This document shows, piece after piece, positions 8,821 to 25,727 of a DNA stretch of 32,807 bases. The DNA lies in NCBI GenBank assembly GCA_026984165.1, contig JALSSQ010000302.1, positions 1 to 32,807 on the forward strand, given 5' to 3'. This stretch comes from Sulfurovum sp. GTDB lineage: Bacteria; Campylobacterota; Campylobacteria; Campylobacterales; Sulfurovaceae. The position numbers were made by a program, and so were the translations under genes. The notes beneath the pieces were generated by a model. It saw only the letters and a program-made list of their open reading frames with translations, was not told the origin of the DNA and did no database searches. The first letter of the stretch is position 1. Every line of letters starts with the position of its first letter.

Positions 8821-9324
8821 ATGAACAGATTACCATGGTGGATGGGTGGCATACTTATGTCAGGCCTACTTCTAATGACTTTCTCTGTATTTGGTGCAGA
8901 CAGACCTATAGGTGCATCGACTTATGTCCCCTTTTTTGCAGGACTTGTCTTTGACCTTGATCCAGAAAAATATACTTACTTAAAAGAGATTAAAAATGCA
9001 GGCTCCTGGGAAGGCATCATGCTCTTAGGCTCACTCTTTGGTGGTCTTATTGTTTCTGTATTTCTTACGAAAACATTCCGTCTTTCACTGATTCCAACAG
9101 GGTGGAAAAGATATAAAAACAATTCTGTTTTTTCAAGACTTTTTTGGAGTTTTGTTGCTGGGTTTATGATGATTATCGGGGCACGTTTGGCTGGTGGTTG
9201 TACCTCTGGACATTTTATGTCAGGTATGAGTCAAATGGCCATTTCTGCCATGATTTTTGGTACAGTGGTGATGATTACACTAGTCATTACAGGTAGATTA
9301 TTTTATAAAACGAAGGAGGATTAA
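8821..9324 (+). CDS. YeeE/YedE family sulfur-compound (thiosulfate) transporter, N-half
   Basis: PWWMGG, PIGAST and GARLAGGCTSGH motifs; about 4 TM segments. Confidence 0.82.
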   Translation: MNRLPWWMGGILMSGLLLMTFSVFGADRPIGASTYVPFFAGLVFDLDPEKYTYLKEIKNAGSWEGIMLLGSLFGGLIVSVFLTKTFRLSLIPTGWKRYKNNSVFSRLFWSFVAGFMMIIGARLAGGCTSGHFMSGMSQMAISAMIFGTVVMITLVITGRLFYKTKED

Positions 9325-9983
9325 TGCAAATTATTGTTAAAACAGCAGGAGATGATTTGGCATCTCGTATGGCACAGATGTTTGAAAATGTGATTTACCA
9401 AGGGCATGGTTCTTTGGTGTTGGTTTTCCTAATTGGTGTGATTTTTGGTGGGATTATCCAGTACACAAGGGTAGATAAATTTGAAAAGATAGCAGGTTTC
9501 GCCATGCTGAAAGATACTATTGTACCTAAGATGTTGTTTTTAACAGTAGGATTGACAAGTATAGGACTCTACTTTCTCATTGAAGCAGGTGGAGCGCACT
9601 ATCATATTAAGCCTATCATTTGGCAAGGATTGGTTATTGGAGGTATTTTGTTTGGTGCTTCTATGGCTATCTTTGGTAAATGTCCTGGTACAGGACCTGT
9701 CTCTATCGCTGAAGGGCGTATCGATGTATTGGTGGGTGCGATAGGTGGGTTACTTGGTGGGCTTGTATTTACATTGTATTATGCAGATTTCTTTAAGCCT
9801 CTTATGGGAGAGAGTGCAGGAAAGTTAACGTTACCATCTTTTTTTCCAGGGCATGAACATATGGTAGTTCTTATCTTTGGTGTGGTAGTCAGTATCATTG
9901 CTTTTTTGATTCCCAAAAAAGAGATGTTTGATGAGGCTGACTTATGCAAGCTTCCAGATGACCAAAGACCAGATAAGCATTAA
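9324..9983 (+). CDS. YeeE/YedE family sulfur-compound transporter, C-half
   Basis: GVIFG, GGILFGASMAIFGKCPGT motif; TAATG coupling to the upstream gene. Confidence 0.82.
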   Translation: MQIIVKTAGDDLASRMAQMFENVIYQGHGSLVLVFLIGVIFGGIIQYTRVDKFEKIAGFAMLKDTIVPKMLFLTVGLTSIGLYFLIEAGGAHYHIKPIIWQGLVIGGILFGASMAIFGKCPGTGPVSIAEGRIDVLVGAIGGLLGGLVFTLYYADFFKPLMGESAGKLTLPSFFPGHEHMVVLIFGVVVSIIAFLIPKKEMFDEADLCKLPDDQRPDKH

Positions 9984-10316
9984 TTACTTTTTAAACCTAT
10001 ACCCCAGTAACTCTAAGTGTTTTCGCACTTGCTCTGGGATATCTCCTTGAAATTCCAAACTATTCTCTTTTACTGTGCCGCCAGTACCCAGCTTCTTCTT
10101 CAGTGTTTTGACTAAGGCTTGCAAATCACTTTTTGCCACGTAAAAAGGTTTGATTATCGTCACGACTTTTCCTCTACGTTTTTCTTTTGCAAAATATAGT
10201 TGGTGTTTGTCGGGCGCTTTTAGCTCAGTAGAGCTTGGCTTGTTGGATTTGTTTTTATTGTCAGCACGCCATCCATCTTCAAAGTTGGCACCCATTTCAA
10301 ATAAATTTTCACGCAC
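9984..10316 (-). CDS. yciH: Translation initiation factor SUI1/eIF1 homologue (YciH)
   Basis: KRRGKVVT, LKKKLGTGGTVK, LEFQGD; GTG start preceded by GGAG. Confidence 0.85.
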   Translation of the reverse strand: MRENLFEMGANFEDGWRADNKNKSNKPSSTELKAPDKHQLYFAKEKRRGKVVTIIKPFYVAKSDLQALVKTLKKKLGTGGTVKENSLEFQGDIPEQVRKHLELLGYRFKK

Positions 10317-10325
10317 GGTATCTCC

Positions 10326-11063
10326 TTAACGCTCTATCGTATAGACAATCTCAGTCTTATGTTTCTTTGTTTGTATTTCATGGATACTTAAGCCCTCTAT
10401 AGGAAGGGTCATGAACTCTTCTATAGTGGTGATACCCACTTTGGCTATCTCACGTAAGACAATCCCTCTGTAGGCTTTTGCCCAGTGGCTTACGACTTTG
10501 CCCTCTTTGATAAATTTGAGTGTGGTGTAGGGTTTGGTTGGTTTGTAAAATTTGTCATAAAAGCCTGCACGCAGGTCAAGTATCTCTTCATCTTCCAAGT
10601 ATGCCTCCATGAGGTGCGCAGCATGTTCATTGTAAAACTTTTCAGGTCTTATCTCCCCTACAGCTTCTCCCTGCTTGAGTTTATACTCAGGGATGAGGTC
10701 ATCAGCCTTGATGGGACCAAAGAGATTAGAAAAGAGTATGACATTTTCATCTATGTATGTTTGTGCAACACTATCTAAGTTACTGTAGTCCAGGTGATCA
10801 AAAGCAACACCTGTGTAGCGTTCTACAGCTTTCATGGTAAGTTCGTGGATAATATCTTTTTTGTGTTTAAGAATGTCAGCTTCTTTTTTAATGCCAAACA
10901 TTTTAGAAAGTACTTGCATGTCACCTTGTTGTAACACATTGATATAGGTATGTAAAAGTTTCATTCGGTAGGGAGCAAGCTCTTTAAAAAGCAAATCATT
11001 AGGATGAAAAGGATATTCCCCTCCAGATTTTTTGGTTTCGCTTGGTGCAAGTAGTATTTTCAT
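10326..11063 (-). CDS. yaaA: YaaA family (DUF328) peroxide-stress / DNA-binding protein
   Basis: ILLAPSETK, AVERYTGVAFD, SNLFG, IPEYKL, VSHWAKAYRG. Confidence 0.85.
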   Translation of the reverse strand: MKILLAPSETKKSGGEYPFHPNDLLFKELAPYRMKLLHTYINVLQQGDMQVLSKMFGIKKEADILKHKKDIIHELTMKAVERYTGVAFDHLDYSNLDSVAQTYIDENVILFSNLFGPIKADDLIPEYKLKQGEAVGEIRPEKFYNEHAAHLMEAYLEDEEILDLRAGFYDKFYKPTKPYTTLKFIKEGKVVSHWAKAYRGIVLREIAKVGITTIEEFMTLPIEGLSIHEIQTKKHKTEIVYTIER

Positions 11064-11145
11064 AGGTTCACCTCATTGATGTATGGCGATATTCTATATA
11101 AAATATCTAAAAAAGAAGAATTTTCTATTTTTTTACAAAAAAAAC

Positions 11146-11182
11146 TTGACTTTTTAAAAGGTTTTGTCTATAATTCCCGTCC
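11146..11182 (+). promoter_or_regulatory. sigma70 promoter of the tRNA-tuf operon with a GC-rich discriminator
   Basis: TTGACT (11146-11151), 17-bp spacer, TATAAT (11169-11174), then TCCCGTCC; upstream A/T tracts are UP-element-like. Confidence 0.8.
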
Positions 11183-11213
11183 ATTTAAATGGCATTGGCT
11201 TTTAAATGATGGT

Positions 11214-11290
11214 GCTGGTGTAGCTCAGCTGGCTAGAGCAGCTGATTTGTAATCAGCAGGTCGGGGGTTCGAGTCCCTTCACCAGCTCCA
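11214..11290 (+). tRNA. tRNA-Thr (TGT)
   Basis: Cloverleaf: GCTGGTG/CACCAGC acceptor stem, GCTGA-TTTGTAA-TCAGC anticodon arm, GGTTCGA, encoded CCA. Confidence 0.97.
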
Positions 11291-11422
11291 TAAATTTTAT
11301 CAGTGTTTGACCGGAACAAAGATTATGAATATCTTCAGCAGATGGTTTATGTGATTTGTCGCATTTCCAAATTTTATTTTTAGTTAAGTAAAAGCTTTAG
11401 TTATTTTAATTTAAAACATTAC

Positions 11423-11507
<85 letters not shown>

Positions 11508-11519
11508 TGTGAATATTAT

Positions 11520-11595
11520 GCGGGCGTAGCTCAGTGGCTAGAGTTCCTGCCTTCCAAGCAGGCTGTCGAGGGTTCGAATCCCTTCGCCCGCTCCA
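11520..11595 (+). tRNA. tRNA-Gly (TCC)
   Basis: GCGGGCG/CGCCCGC acceptor stem, CCTGC-CTTCCAA-GCAGG anticodon arm, T73 + CCA. Confidence 0.97.
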
Positions 11596-11701
11596 TGGTA
11601 TATCTGGGAGCTGATGTGAATATATTATTTACACTTACTTCACATTATCAATCAAGCAAACACTTATAATAAAAACAACATTACAGTTATGATGATATAG
11701 T

Positions 11702-11776
<75 letters not shown>

Positions 11777-11793
11777 TAAATACTAAAACCACG

Positions 11794-11835
11794 TATGGAC
11801 AAGTGTGTAGTAGCTATACTATACTCCTGTCCATA
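11794..11835. repeat. 19-bp imperfect inverted repeat between tRNA-Thr and tuf
   Basis: TATGGACAAGTGTGTAGTA-GCTA-TACTATACTCCTGTCCATA; 2 mismatches and 1 G-U pair. Confidence 0.7.
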
Positions 11836-11908
11836 TAGGTTAATATTGACTTAAGAAGATTTGGGTATAATACTGCCTTTATAAAACATTATACGCTAGG
11901 AGAAAAGC

Positions 11909-13117
11909 ATGGCTAAAGAAAAATTTGAACGTACGAAACCGCACGTTAACATCGGTACAATCGGTCACGTTGACCACGGAAAAACTACATTGACAGCTGC
12001 TATCACAATGTGTCTTGGTCTTAAAAATGGTCAAGCTACTATGGATTATGATCAAATTGATAATGCTCCAGAAGAGAGAGAAAGAGGAATTACCATTGCT
12101 ACTTCTCACGTTGAGTATGAAACTGATACTAGACACTACGCTCACGTTGACTGTCCAGGTCACGCAGACTACGTTAAAAACATGATTACTGGTGCTGCTC
12201 AAATGGATGGTGCTATTCTTGTTATTGCTTCAACAGATGGACCAATGGCTCAAACCAGAGAACACATCCTTCTTTCTAAGCAAGTAGGTGTACCTTACAT
12301 CGTTGTATTCTTAAACAAAGAAGACCAACTTGATGATGAAGACAAAGAAGAGATGTTAGAGCTTGTAGAGATGGAAGTACGTGAACTTCTTTCTGAATAT
12401 GACTTCCCAGGTGATGATACACCAATCGTAGCTGGTTCTGCATTCCAGGCACTTGAAGAAGCAAAAGCTGGAAATGCTGGTGAGTGGTCAGAAAAAATCT
12501 ATAAACTTATGGATGAAGTAGATGCATATATTCCTGAACCACAAAGAGAAACAGACAAAGATTTCCTTATGGCAATCGAAGATATCTTTACTATCCAAGG
12601 TCGTGGTACAGTTGTAACTGGTAAAGTAGATCAAGGTCAAGTATGTGTAGGTGATGAGATTGAGATTGTTGGTCTTAAAGATACACAAAAAACAACAGTT
12701 ACTGGTGTGGAAATGTTCCGTAAAGAGATGGATTGTGGTCAAGCTGGTGATAACTGTGGTGTACTTCTTAGAGGTATTGAAAAAGATGCTGTACAAAGAG
12801 GTATGGTTCTTTGTAAACCAGGTTCTATAACACCACATACAAAATTTGAAGCTGAAATCTATGTACTTACTAAAGAAGAAGGTGGAAGACACACCCCATT
12901 CTTTAACAACTACAGACCACAGTTTTATGTACGTACAACAGACGTAACTGGTTCAGTTCAACTTCAAGAAGGTACTGAAATGGTTATGCCAGGTGATAAC
13001 GTTAAAGTTAACGTTGAACTTATCGCTCCTGTTGCAATGGACCAAGGTACTAAATTTGCTATCCGTGAAGGTGGTAGAACAGTTGGTGCCGGTGTTGTTT
13101 CTAAGATCATTGCTTAA
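11909..13117 (+). CDS. tuf: Elongation factor Tu
   Basis: [34 protein letters not shown]; AGGAG RBS. Confidence 0.99.
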   Translation: MAKEKFERTKPHVNIGTIGHVDHGKTTLTAAITMCLGLKNGQATMDYDQIDNAPEERERGITIATSHVEYETDTRHYAHVDCPGHADYVKNMITGAAQMDGAILVIASTDGPMAQTREHILLSKQVGVPYIVVFLNKEDQLDDEDKEEMLELVEMEVRELLSEYDFPGDDTPIVAGSAFQALEEAKAGNAGEWSEKIYKLMDEVDAYIPEPQRETDKDFLMAIEDIFTIQGRGTVVTGKVDQGQVCVGDEIEIVGLKDTQKTTVTGVEMFRKEMDCGQAGDNCGVLLRGIEKDAVQRGMVLCKPGSITPHTKFEAEIYVLTKEEGGRHTPFFNNYRPQFYVRTTDVTGSVQLQEGTEMVMPGDNVKVNVELIAPVAMDQGTKFAIREGGRTVGAGVVSKIIA

Positions 13118-13126
13118 AAGAAACAC

Positions 13127-13151
13127 TTGTAAGAAGGGTACCTTCTTGCAA
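13127..13151 (+). terminator. Stem-loop after tuf (3' protective hairpin or weak terminator)
   Basis: TTGTAAGAAGG-GTA-CCTTCTTGCAA; no clear U-tract. Confidence 0.45.
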
Positions 13152-13171
13152 ACTTATCATAGGAGATAACA

Positions 13172-13324
13172 ATGAGAGAAACAGTGCACTTAGGATGTGA
13201 GAAATGTACAAGACGTAATTATCACACCACTAAAAACAAAAAGACAACAACAGAAAAACTTGCGCTTAAAAAGTATTGTAAATGGTGTAAATGTCACACA
13301 ATACATAAAGAGATGAAGTTGTAA
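13172..13324 (+). CDS. rpmG: 50S ribosomal protein L33, zinc-ribbon (C+) type; absent from the ORF track
   Basis: AGGAG RBS; translates to [50 protein letters not shown] (50 aa); canonical tuf-rpmG-tRNA-Trp-secE position. Confidence 0.97.
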   Translation: MRETVHLGCEKCTRRNYHTTKNKKTTTEKLALKKYCKWCKCHTIHKEMKL

Positions 13325-13368
13325 AATGAACTTTTTAATACCAAAGCGTATGCTTTTGGTATTAATGT

Positions 13369-13444
13369 AGGCCAATAGCTCAGTTGGTAGAGCACTGGTC
13401 TCCAAAACCAGGTGCCGTGGGTTCGAGTCCCTCTTGGCCTGCCA
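13369..13444 (+). tRNA. tRNA-Trp (CCA)
   Basis: AGGCCAA/TTGGCCT acceptor stem, CTGGT-CTCCAAA-ACCAG anticodon arm, G73 + CCA; one U.U mismatch in the T stem. Confidence 0.95.
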
Positions 13445-13462
13445 CAAAAAAAGGTAACATAT

Positions 13463-13642
13463 ATGGGAAAAATTTCAACATTTATTGCAAACGCGAAAGC
13501 GGAGATTCATAAAGTAATATTTCCAACAAAAGTACAAGTAAGACAAGCATTTTTAGCAGTTGTTCTCGTAGTAACTGTCATCTCAATATTTTTAGCATTG
13601 GTTGACCTCTTAATGTCATCCATCGTATCATCAGTTTTATAG
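13463..13642 (+). CDS. secE: Preprotein translocase subunit SecE (single TM)
   Basis: MGKIS...AEIHKVIFPTK followed by one TM helix. True ATG is 13463 after AAGGT; the track start at 13412 lies inside tRNA-Trp. Confidence 0.95.
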   Translation: MGKISTFIANAKAEIHKVIFPTKVQVRQAFLAVVLVVTVISIFLALVDLLMSSIVSSVL

Positions 13643-13651
13643 GAATTAACA

Positions 13652-14182
13652 ATGGCTTTTCAATGGTATGCAATTCAAGTATATTCAGGTTCTGAACAAT
13701 CTGTAAAAAGAGGTATTGAACAACTTGTTAAGGATTATGGTATCGAAGAGAAAGTTGATCGTATCGTTGTTCCAACTGAAGAGGTAATTGAAGTTAAAAA
13801 TGGTGAGAAAAAAATTACTGAACGTACACTCTACTCGGGTTACACATTTGCACATATAGATCTGGATACAGACCTTTGGCATAAGATTCAATCGTTGCCA
13901 AGAGTATCTAGATTTATCGGTGAACAAAAAACACCTACCCCTTTAGCAGAGCATGATGTTCAAAATATTTTAGCAAAATTAGAACAGAAATCTGCACCAC
14001 GTCCTAAAGTTGATTTTGAAAAAGGTGAAATGGTTCGTATTATTGATGGGTCATTTTCCAACTTTACAGGTATGGTGGAAGAGTATGATCTTGATCATGG
14101 TACATTGAAACTGAATGTTTCTATCTTTGGTAGGAACACACCTGTTGAAATTCTCTATACACAAGTTGAGAAAATCATTTAA
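13652..14182 (+). CDS. nusG: Transcription termination/antitermination factor NusG
   Basis: WYAIQVYSGSE NGN domain; KOW domain GEMVRIIDGSFSNFTG...IFGRNTPVE. Confidence 0.98.
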   Translation: MAFQWYAIQVYSGSEQSVKRGIEQLVKDYGIEEKVDRIVVPTEEVIEVKNGEKKITERTLYSGYTFAHIDLDTDLWHKIQSLPRVSRFIGEQKTPTPLAEHDVQNILAKLEQKSAPRPKVDFEKGEMVRIIDGSFSNFTGMVEEYDLDHGTLKLNVSIFGRNTPVEILYTQVEKII

Positions 14183-14266
14183 CATTTAGACATATGTGTC
14201 TAGTCTTTGTATCTTGGGACTTAAAATAAAAAGATAAACGACCAATTAATCTCAAAGGAAGAACAG

Positions 14267-14692
14267 ATGGCAAAAAAGATAGCTGAAAAGTTTAAAATGA
14301 TGATCCCTGCTGGATCAGCGAACCCATCACCACCGGTTGGACCAGCACTTGGACAACGTGGTGTCAATATTATGGAATTTTGTAAAGCATTTAACGAAAA
14401 AACAAAAGATCAAATGGGCTTTAAAGTACCAGTCATTGTAACTGTCTATGCAGATAAAAGTTTTACAATGGAAACGAAACAACCGCCTGCATCAGAACTT
14501 ATCTTGAAGGCAGCAGGTCTTAAAAAAGGTACAGATAATCCACTTTTGAATAAAGTAGGAACAATCACTAAAGCAAAACTTGATGAAATTATTGATAGAA
14601 AAATTGTTGACTTAAATACAAATGACAGAGAAATGGCTGCAAGCATTATCGCTGGAACTTGTAGAAGTATGGGTGTGGAAATAGTAGATTAA
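14267..14692 (+). CDS. rplK: 50S ribosomal protein L11
   Basis: [36 protein letters not shown]. Confidence 0.98.
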   Translation: MAKKIAEKFKMMIPAGSANPSPPVGPALGQRGVNIMEFCKAFNEKTKDQMGFKVPVIVTVYADKSFTMETKQPPASELILKAAGLKKGTDNPLLNKVGTITKAKLDEIIDRKIVDLNTNDREMAASIIAGTCRSMGVEIVD

Positions 14693-14716
14693 GTAGTCTA
14701 TTAGTTAGAAATAAAT

Positions 14717-14755
14717 CTTTCACCACATGATGTAAAAAATGTGGGAGCATAAAAG
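14717..14755 (+). promoter_or_regulatory. Possible L1-binding autoregulatory hairpin upstream of rplA
   Basis: CCACAT...ATGTGG stem followed by GAG (GTGGGAG) next to the rplA RBS; resembles L1 mRNA sites, but no covariance model could be run. Confidence 0.3.
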
Positions 14756-14767
14756 CGGAGAAACAAA

Positions 14768-15472
14768 ATGGCAAAAAAACCAAGTAAAAGAAGAGAAGCA
14801 TTACTTAAAAAAGTAGATGCAAGCAAAGAGTATAGTGTTGATGAAGCAATGAAAACACTAAAGGAACTTAAGTCAGCAAAATTTGATGAAACAGTTGAAG
14901 TTGCACTTAATCTTAATGTTGACCCTAGACATGCAGATCAAATGGTAAGAGGATCAGTTGTTCTTCCTCATGGAACTGGTAAAACTGTAAGAGTAGCGGT
15001 GTTTGCAAAAGATGCAAAAGCTGATGAAGCCAAAGCAGCAGGTGCAGATCTTGTTGGTGCAGCAGACCTTATTGAAGATATTCAAGCAGGGAAACTTGAC
15101 TTTGATATTGTTATTTCTACACCTGACATGATGGGTGTACTTGGAAAGGTAGCAAGAATACTTGGACCTAAAGGTCTTATGCCTAACCCTAAGACAGGTA
15201 CAGTAACGATGGATGTTGCTAAGGCTGTTGAAAATGCAAAAGGTGGTCAAGTAAACTTTAGAGTAGATAAAAAAGGGAATATCCATGCAGGGATTGGTAA
15301 AATCTCTTTTTCTGAAGAAGCGATAAAAGAAAACTTTGTAACATTTTTAGAGACAATTAACAGAGCAAAACCAGCATCTGCTAAAGGTAGATTTATTACA
15401 AATGGTGCGATTTCACTCACTATGAGTCCTTCGATCACGCTTGATACTACAGAGTTAATGGAGATTAAGTAA
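14768..15472 (+). CDS. rplA: 50S ribosomal protein L1
   Basis: [33 protein letters not shown]. Confidence 0.98.
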   Translation: MAKKPSKRREALLKKVDASKEYSVDEAMKTLKELKSAKFDETVEVALNLNVDPRHADQMVRGSVVLPHGTGKTVRVAVFAKDAKADEAKAAGADLVGAADLIEDIQAGKLDFDIVISTPDMMGVLGKVARILGPKGLMPNPKTGTVTMDVAKAVENAKGGQVNFRVDKKGNIHAGIGKISFSEEAIKENFVTFLETINRAKPASAKGRFITNGAISLTMSPSITLDTTELMEIK

Positions 15473-15484
15473 TGACGTTGTAAG

Positions 15485-15522
15485 TGGGTCAGCTTTAGAA
15501 GCTGGCTCATCATTTATTATTT
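15485..15522 (+). terminator. Hairpin after rplA (possible terminator or processing stem)
   Basis: TGGGTCAGCTT-TAG-AAGCTGGCTCA (11 bp with G-U pairs) followed by a T-rich stretch. Confidence 0.45.
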
Positions 15523-15580
15523 TCAAACAAGAGTTTGCATAATTTTTGTTTGAGAGTAATTTTTACTACTCATAATCTTA

Positions 15581-15664
15581 GATCAAAGATAAAAGGGGCG
15601 AAAGCTTAATTAGTTTACTTGAAAGAGTAATCGTGTAGGTTTATCCTATACCCTTTTAGAGGTC
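15581..15664 (+). ncRNA. Ribosomal protein L10 leader (cis-regulatory RNA)
   Basis: GATCAAAGATAAAAGGG-GCGAAAGC-TTAA...CCCTTTTAGAGGTC matches the GACC.AAGA...GG / CC...GAGGTC kink-turn architecture of L10 leaders; immediately 5' of the rplJ RBS. Confidence 0.75.
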
Positions 15665-15678
15665 GGAAGGAGAAATAT

Positions 15679-16164
15679 ATGACTAGAGCCAGAAAAGAAG
15701 AGTTAGTTGCTCAGATGACAGAAGCGTTTAAAGACGCTGGCGCTATTATCGTTTGTGATTACAAAGGTATGACGGTTGAAAATCTTGAAGCTGTAAGAAA
15801 CTGGGCTAAAGAAGAAGATACCAATGTACAAGTTGTAAAAAACAAGCTTGCACGTATTGCATTGAAAAATGCAGGATGTGAAGATATTGAATTTACAGAC
15901 ACAAACTTAGTAATCTGGGGTGATGCACAAGTAACACCATGTAAGATTGCAGATAAAGCAGCAACTGATTTTAAAGAGAGTTTTTCAATCAAAACTGGTT
16001 TAATCCAGGGTGAAGTGGCTAGTATGGATACCATTAATGCAATGGCTAAACTTCCTACTAGAGATGTACTTCTTGGTATGCTTCTTAATGTATGGAATGC
16101 ACCTGTACAAAACTTCACAATTGGGTTGGATGCACTTTCTAAAAAATTAGAAGCCGAGGCGTAG
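15679..16164 (+). CDS. rplJ: 50S ribosomal protein L10
   Basis: DYKGMTV, VVKNKL, AKLPTR, LLNVWNAP; position between rplA and rplL. Confidence 0.97.
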   Translation: MTRARKEELVAQMTEAFKDAGAIIVCDYKGMTVENLEAVRNWAKEEDTNVQVVKNKLARIALKNAGCEDIEFTDTNLVIWGDAQVTPCKIADKAATDFKESFSIKTGLIQGEVASMDTINAMAKLPTRDVLLGMLLNVWNAPVQNFTIGLDALSKKLEAEA

Positions 16165-16170
16165 AGTGGT

Positions 16171-16193
16171 GAGAGCCACGAGGCTCTTTTTTT
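16171..16193 (+). terminator. Intrinsic-terminator-like hairpin between rplJ and rplL
   Basis: AGAGCC-ACGA-GGCTCT followed by TTTTTT. Confidence 0.55.
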
Positions 16194-16238
16194 GAATAAA
16201 ACGCGAGACGTTTTAAAGAATATTATTTTAAGGAATAT

Positions 16239-16616
16239 ATGATGGCAACAACTAAAGAAGATGTATTGGAATTTATCTCAAACATGTCAGTATTAGAGCT
16301 TTCTGAGCTTGTAAAAGAATTTGAAGAGAAGTTTGGCGTATCTGCACAAGCGACTGTAGTAGCAGGTGGCGCAGAGGCAGGAGCTGGTGCTGCAGCTGAA
16401 GCACAAACAGAGTTTGATGTGGTACTTACCGATGCTGGTGAGAAAAAAATAAATACTATTAAAGTGGTAAGAGCAATTACAGGTCTTGGACTTAAAGAAG
16501 CAAAAGCAGCAGTTGAAGAGACACCATCTGTACTTAAAGAGGGTGTTGCGAAAGAAGAAGCTGAAGAGTTCAAAAAACAAATTGAAGAAGCTGGCGCTAA
16601 ATGTGAGCTTAAATAA
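16239..16616 (+). CDS. rplL: 50S ribosomal protein L7/L12
   Basis: [41 protein letters not shown]; tandem ATG, so the start is 16239 or 16242. Confidence 0.98.
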   Translation: MMATTKEDVLEFISNMSVLELSELVKEFEEKFGVSAQATVVAGGAEAGAGAAAEAQTEFDVVLTDAGEKKINTIKVVRAITGLGLKEAKAAVEETPSVLKEGVAKEEAEEFKKQIEEAGAKCELK

Positions 16617-16659
16617 GTCTTTGGACTTATTTGTTGAGACCAAACAATGTTTGGTCTCA
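16611..16659. repeat. Two adjacent perfect inverted repeats after rplL
   Basis: AAATAAGTC-TTTG-GACTTATTT (16611-16632) and TGAGACCAAACA-A-TGTTTGGTCTCA (16635-16659). Confidence 0.7.
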
Positions 16660-16793
16660 TACCTACAGATATAGTTAAAAGCTATTCGGAGACATTTCAT
16701 ACCCTCCTCTAATAGTTTCTTTGTGTATCTATAATAGTCTTTTTAGAAATAAAAGTAAGATTATAAAACGATATTAATTAGCTAAGACAATAA

Positions 16794-25497
<8,704 letters not shown>

Positions 25498-25504
25498 TTT
25501 TTTC

Positions 25505-25574
25505 GTAGGGTCGATAAAACTGACGCTTCATACAAAAACTCCAAATGGCTAGTGGTCGATTTTAGCGACCCTAG
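25505..25574. repeat. REP-like inverted doublet (GTAG-family-like) after rpoC
   Basis: GTAGGGTCGATAAAACTGAC on + and CTAGGGTCGCTAAAATCGACC on - match at 16/19 over TAGGGTCG..GAC; the right copy is itself a GGTCG-N7-CGACC hairpin. Confidence 0.5.
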
Positions 25575-25617
25575 TGCACTCATGTTTCCTTATAAGAAAA
25601 TCCAAAGAATTTTTCGA

Positions 25618-25623
25618 TATAAT
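25618..25623 (+). promoter_or_regulatory. Candidate -10 box of the str (rpsL-rpsG-fusA) operon
   Basis: TATAAT about 105 nt upstream of rpsL, preceded by periodic A/T tracts. Confidence 0.45.
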
Positions 25624-25727
25624 ATGCCTCCATTTTTCTACACTCTATACAAGTACTTCTGCTTAAGTATTTGCATATGGTGTAATAACCAGATTCAATT
25701 CAAACTAACATAAAGAAAGGAAACGAT

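Noticed and set aside
11846-11871. Canonical -35/-10 promoter for tuf (TTGACT...TATAAT)
   Set aside because: Spacing is only 14 bp, so the two boxes cannot work as a standard pair; only the -10 is kept as a candidate.
13190-13447. 85-aa minus-strand ORF
   Set aside because: Antisense to rpmG and tRNA-Trp.
13412-13462. N-terminal extension of SecE in the ORF track
   Set aside because: It starts inside tRNA-Trp; the ATG at 13463 has an RBS and gives a typical 59-aa SecE.
13335-14202. Small palindromes at 13335-13365 (TTAATACCAAA...TTTGGTATTAA) and 14187-14202 (TAGACATATGTGTCTA)
   Set aside because: Ordinary intercistronic hairpins unrelated in sequence to each other or to the REP/ERIC-like elements; no evidence of a repeat family.
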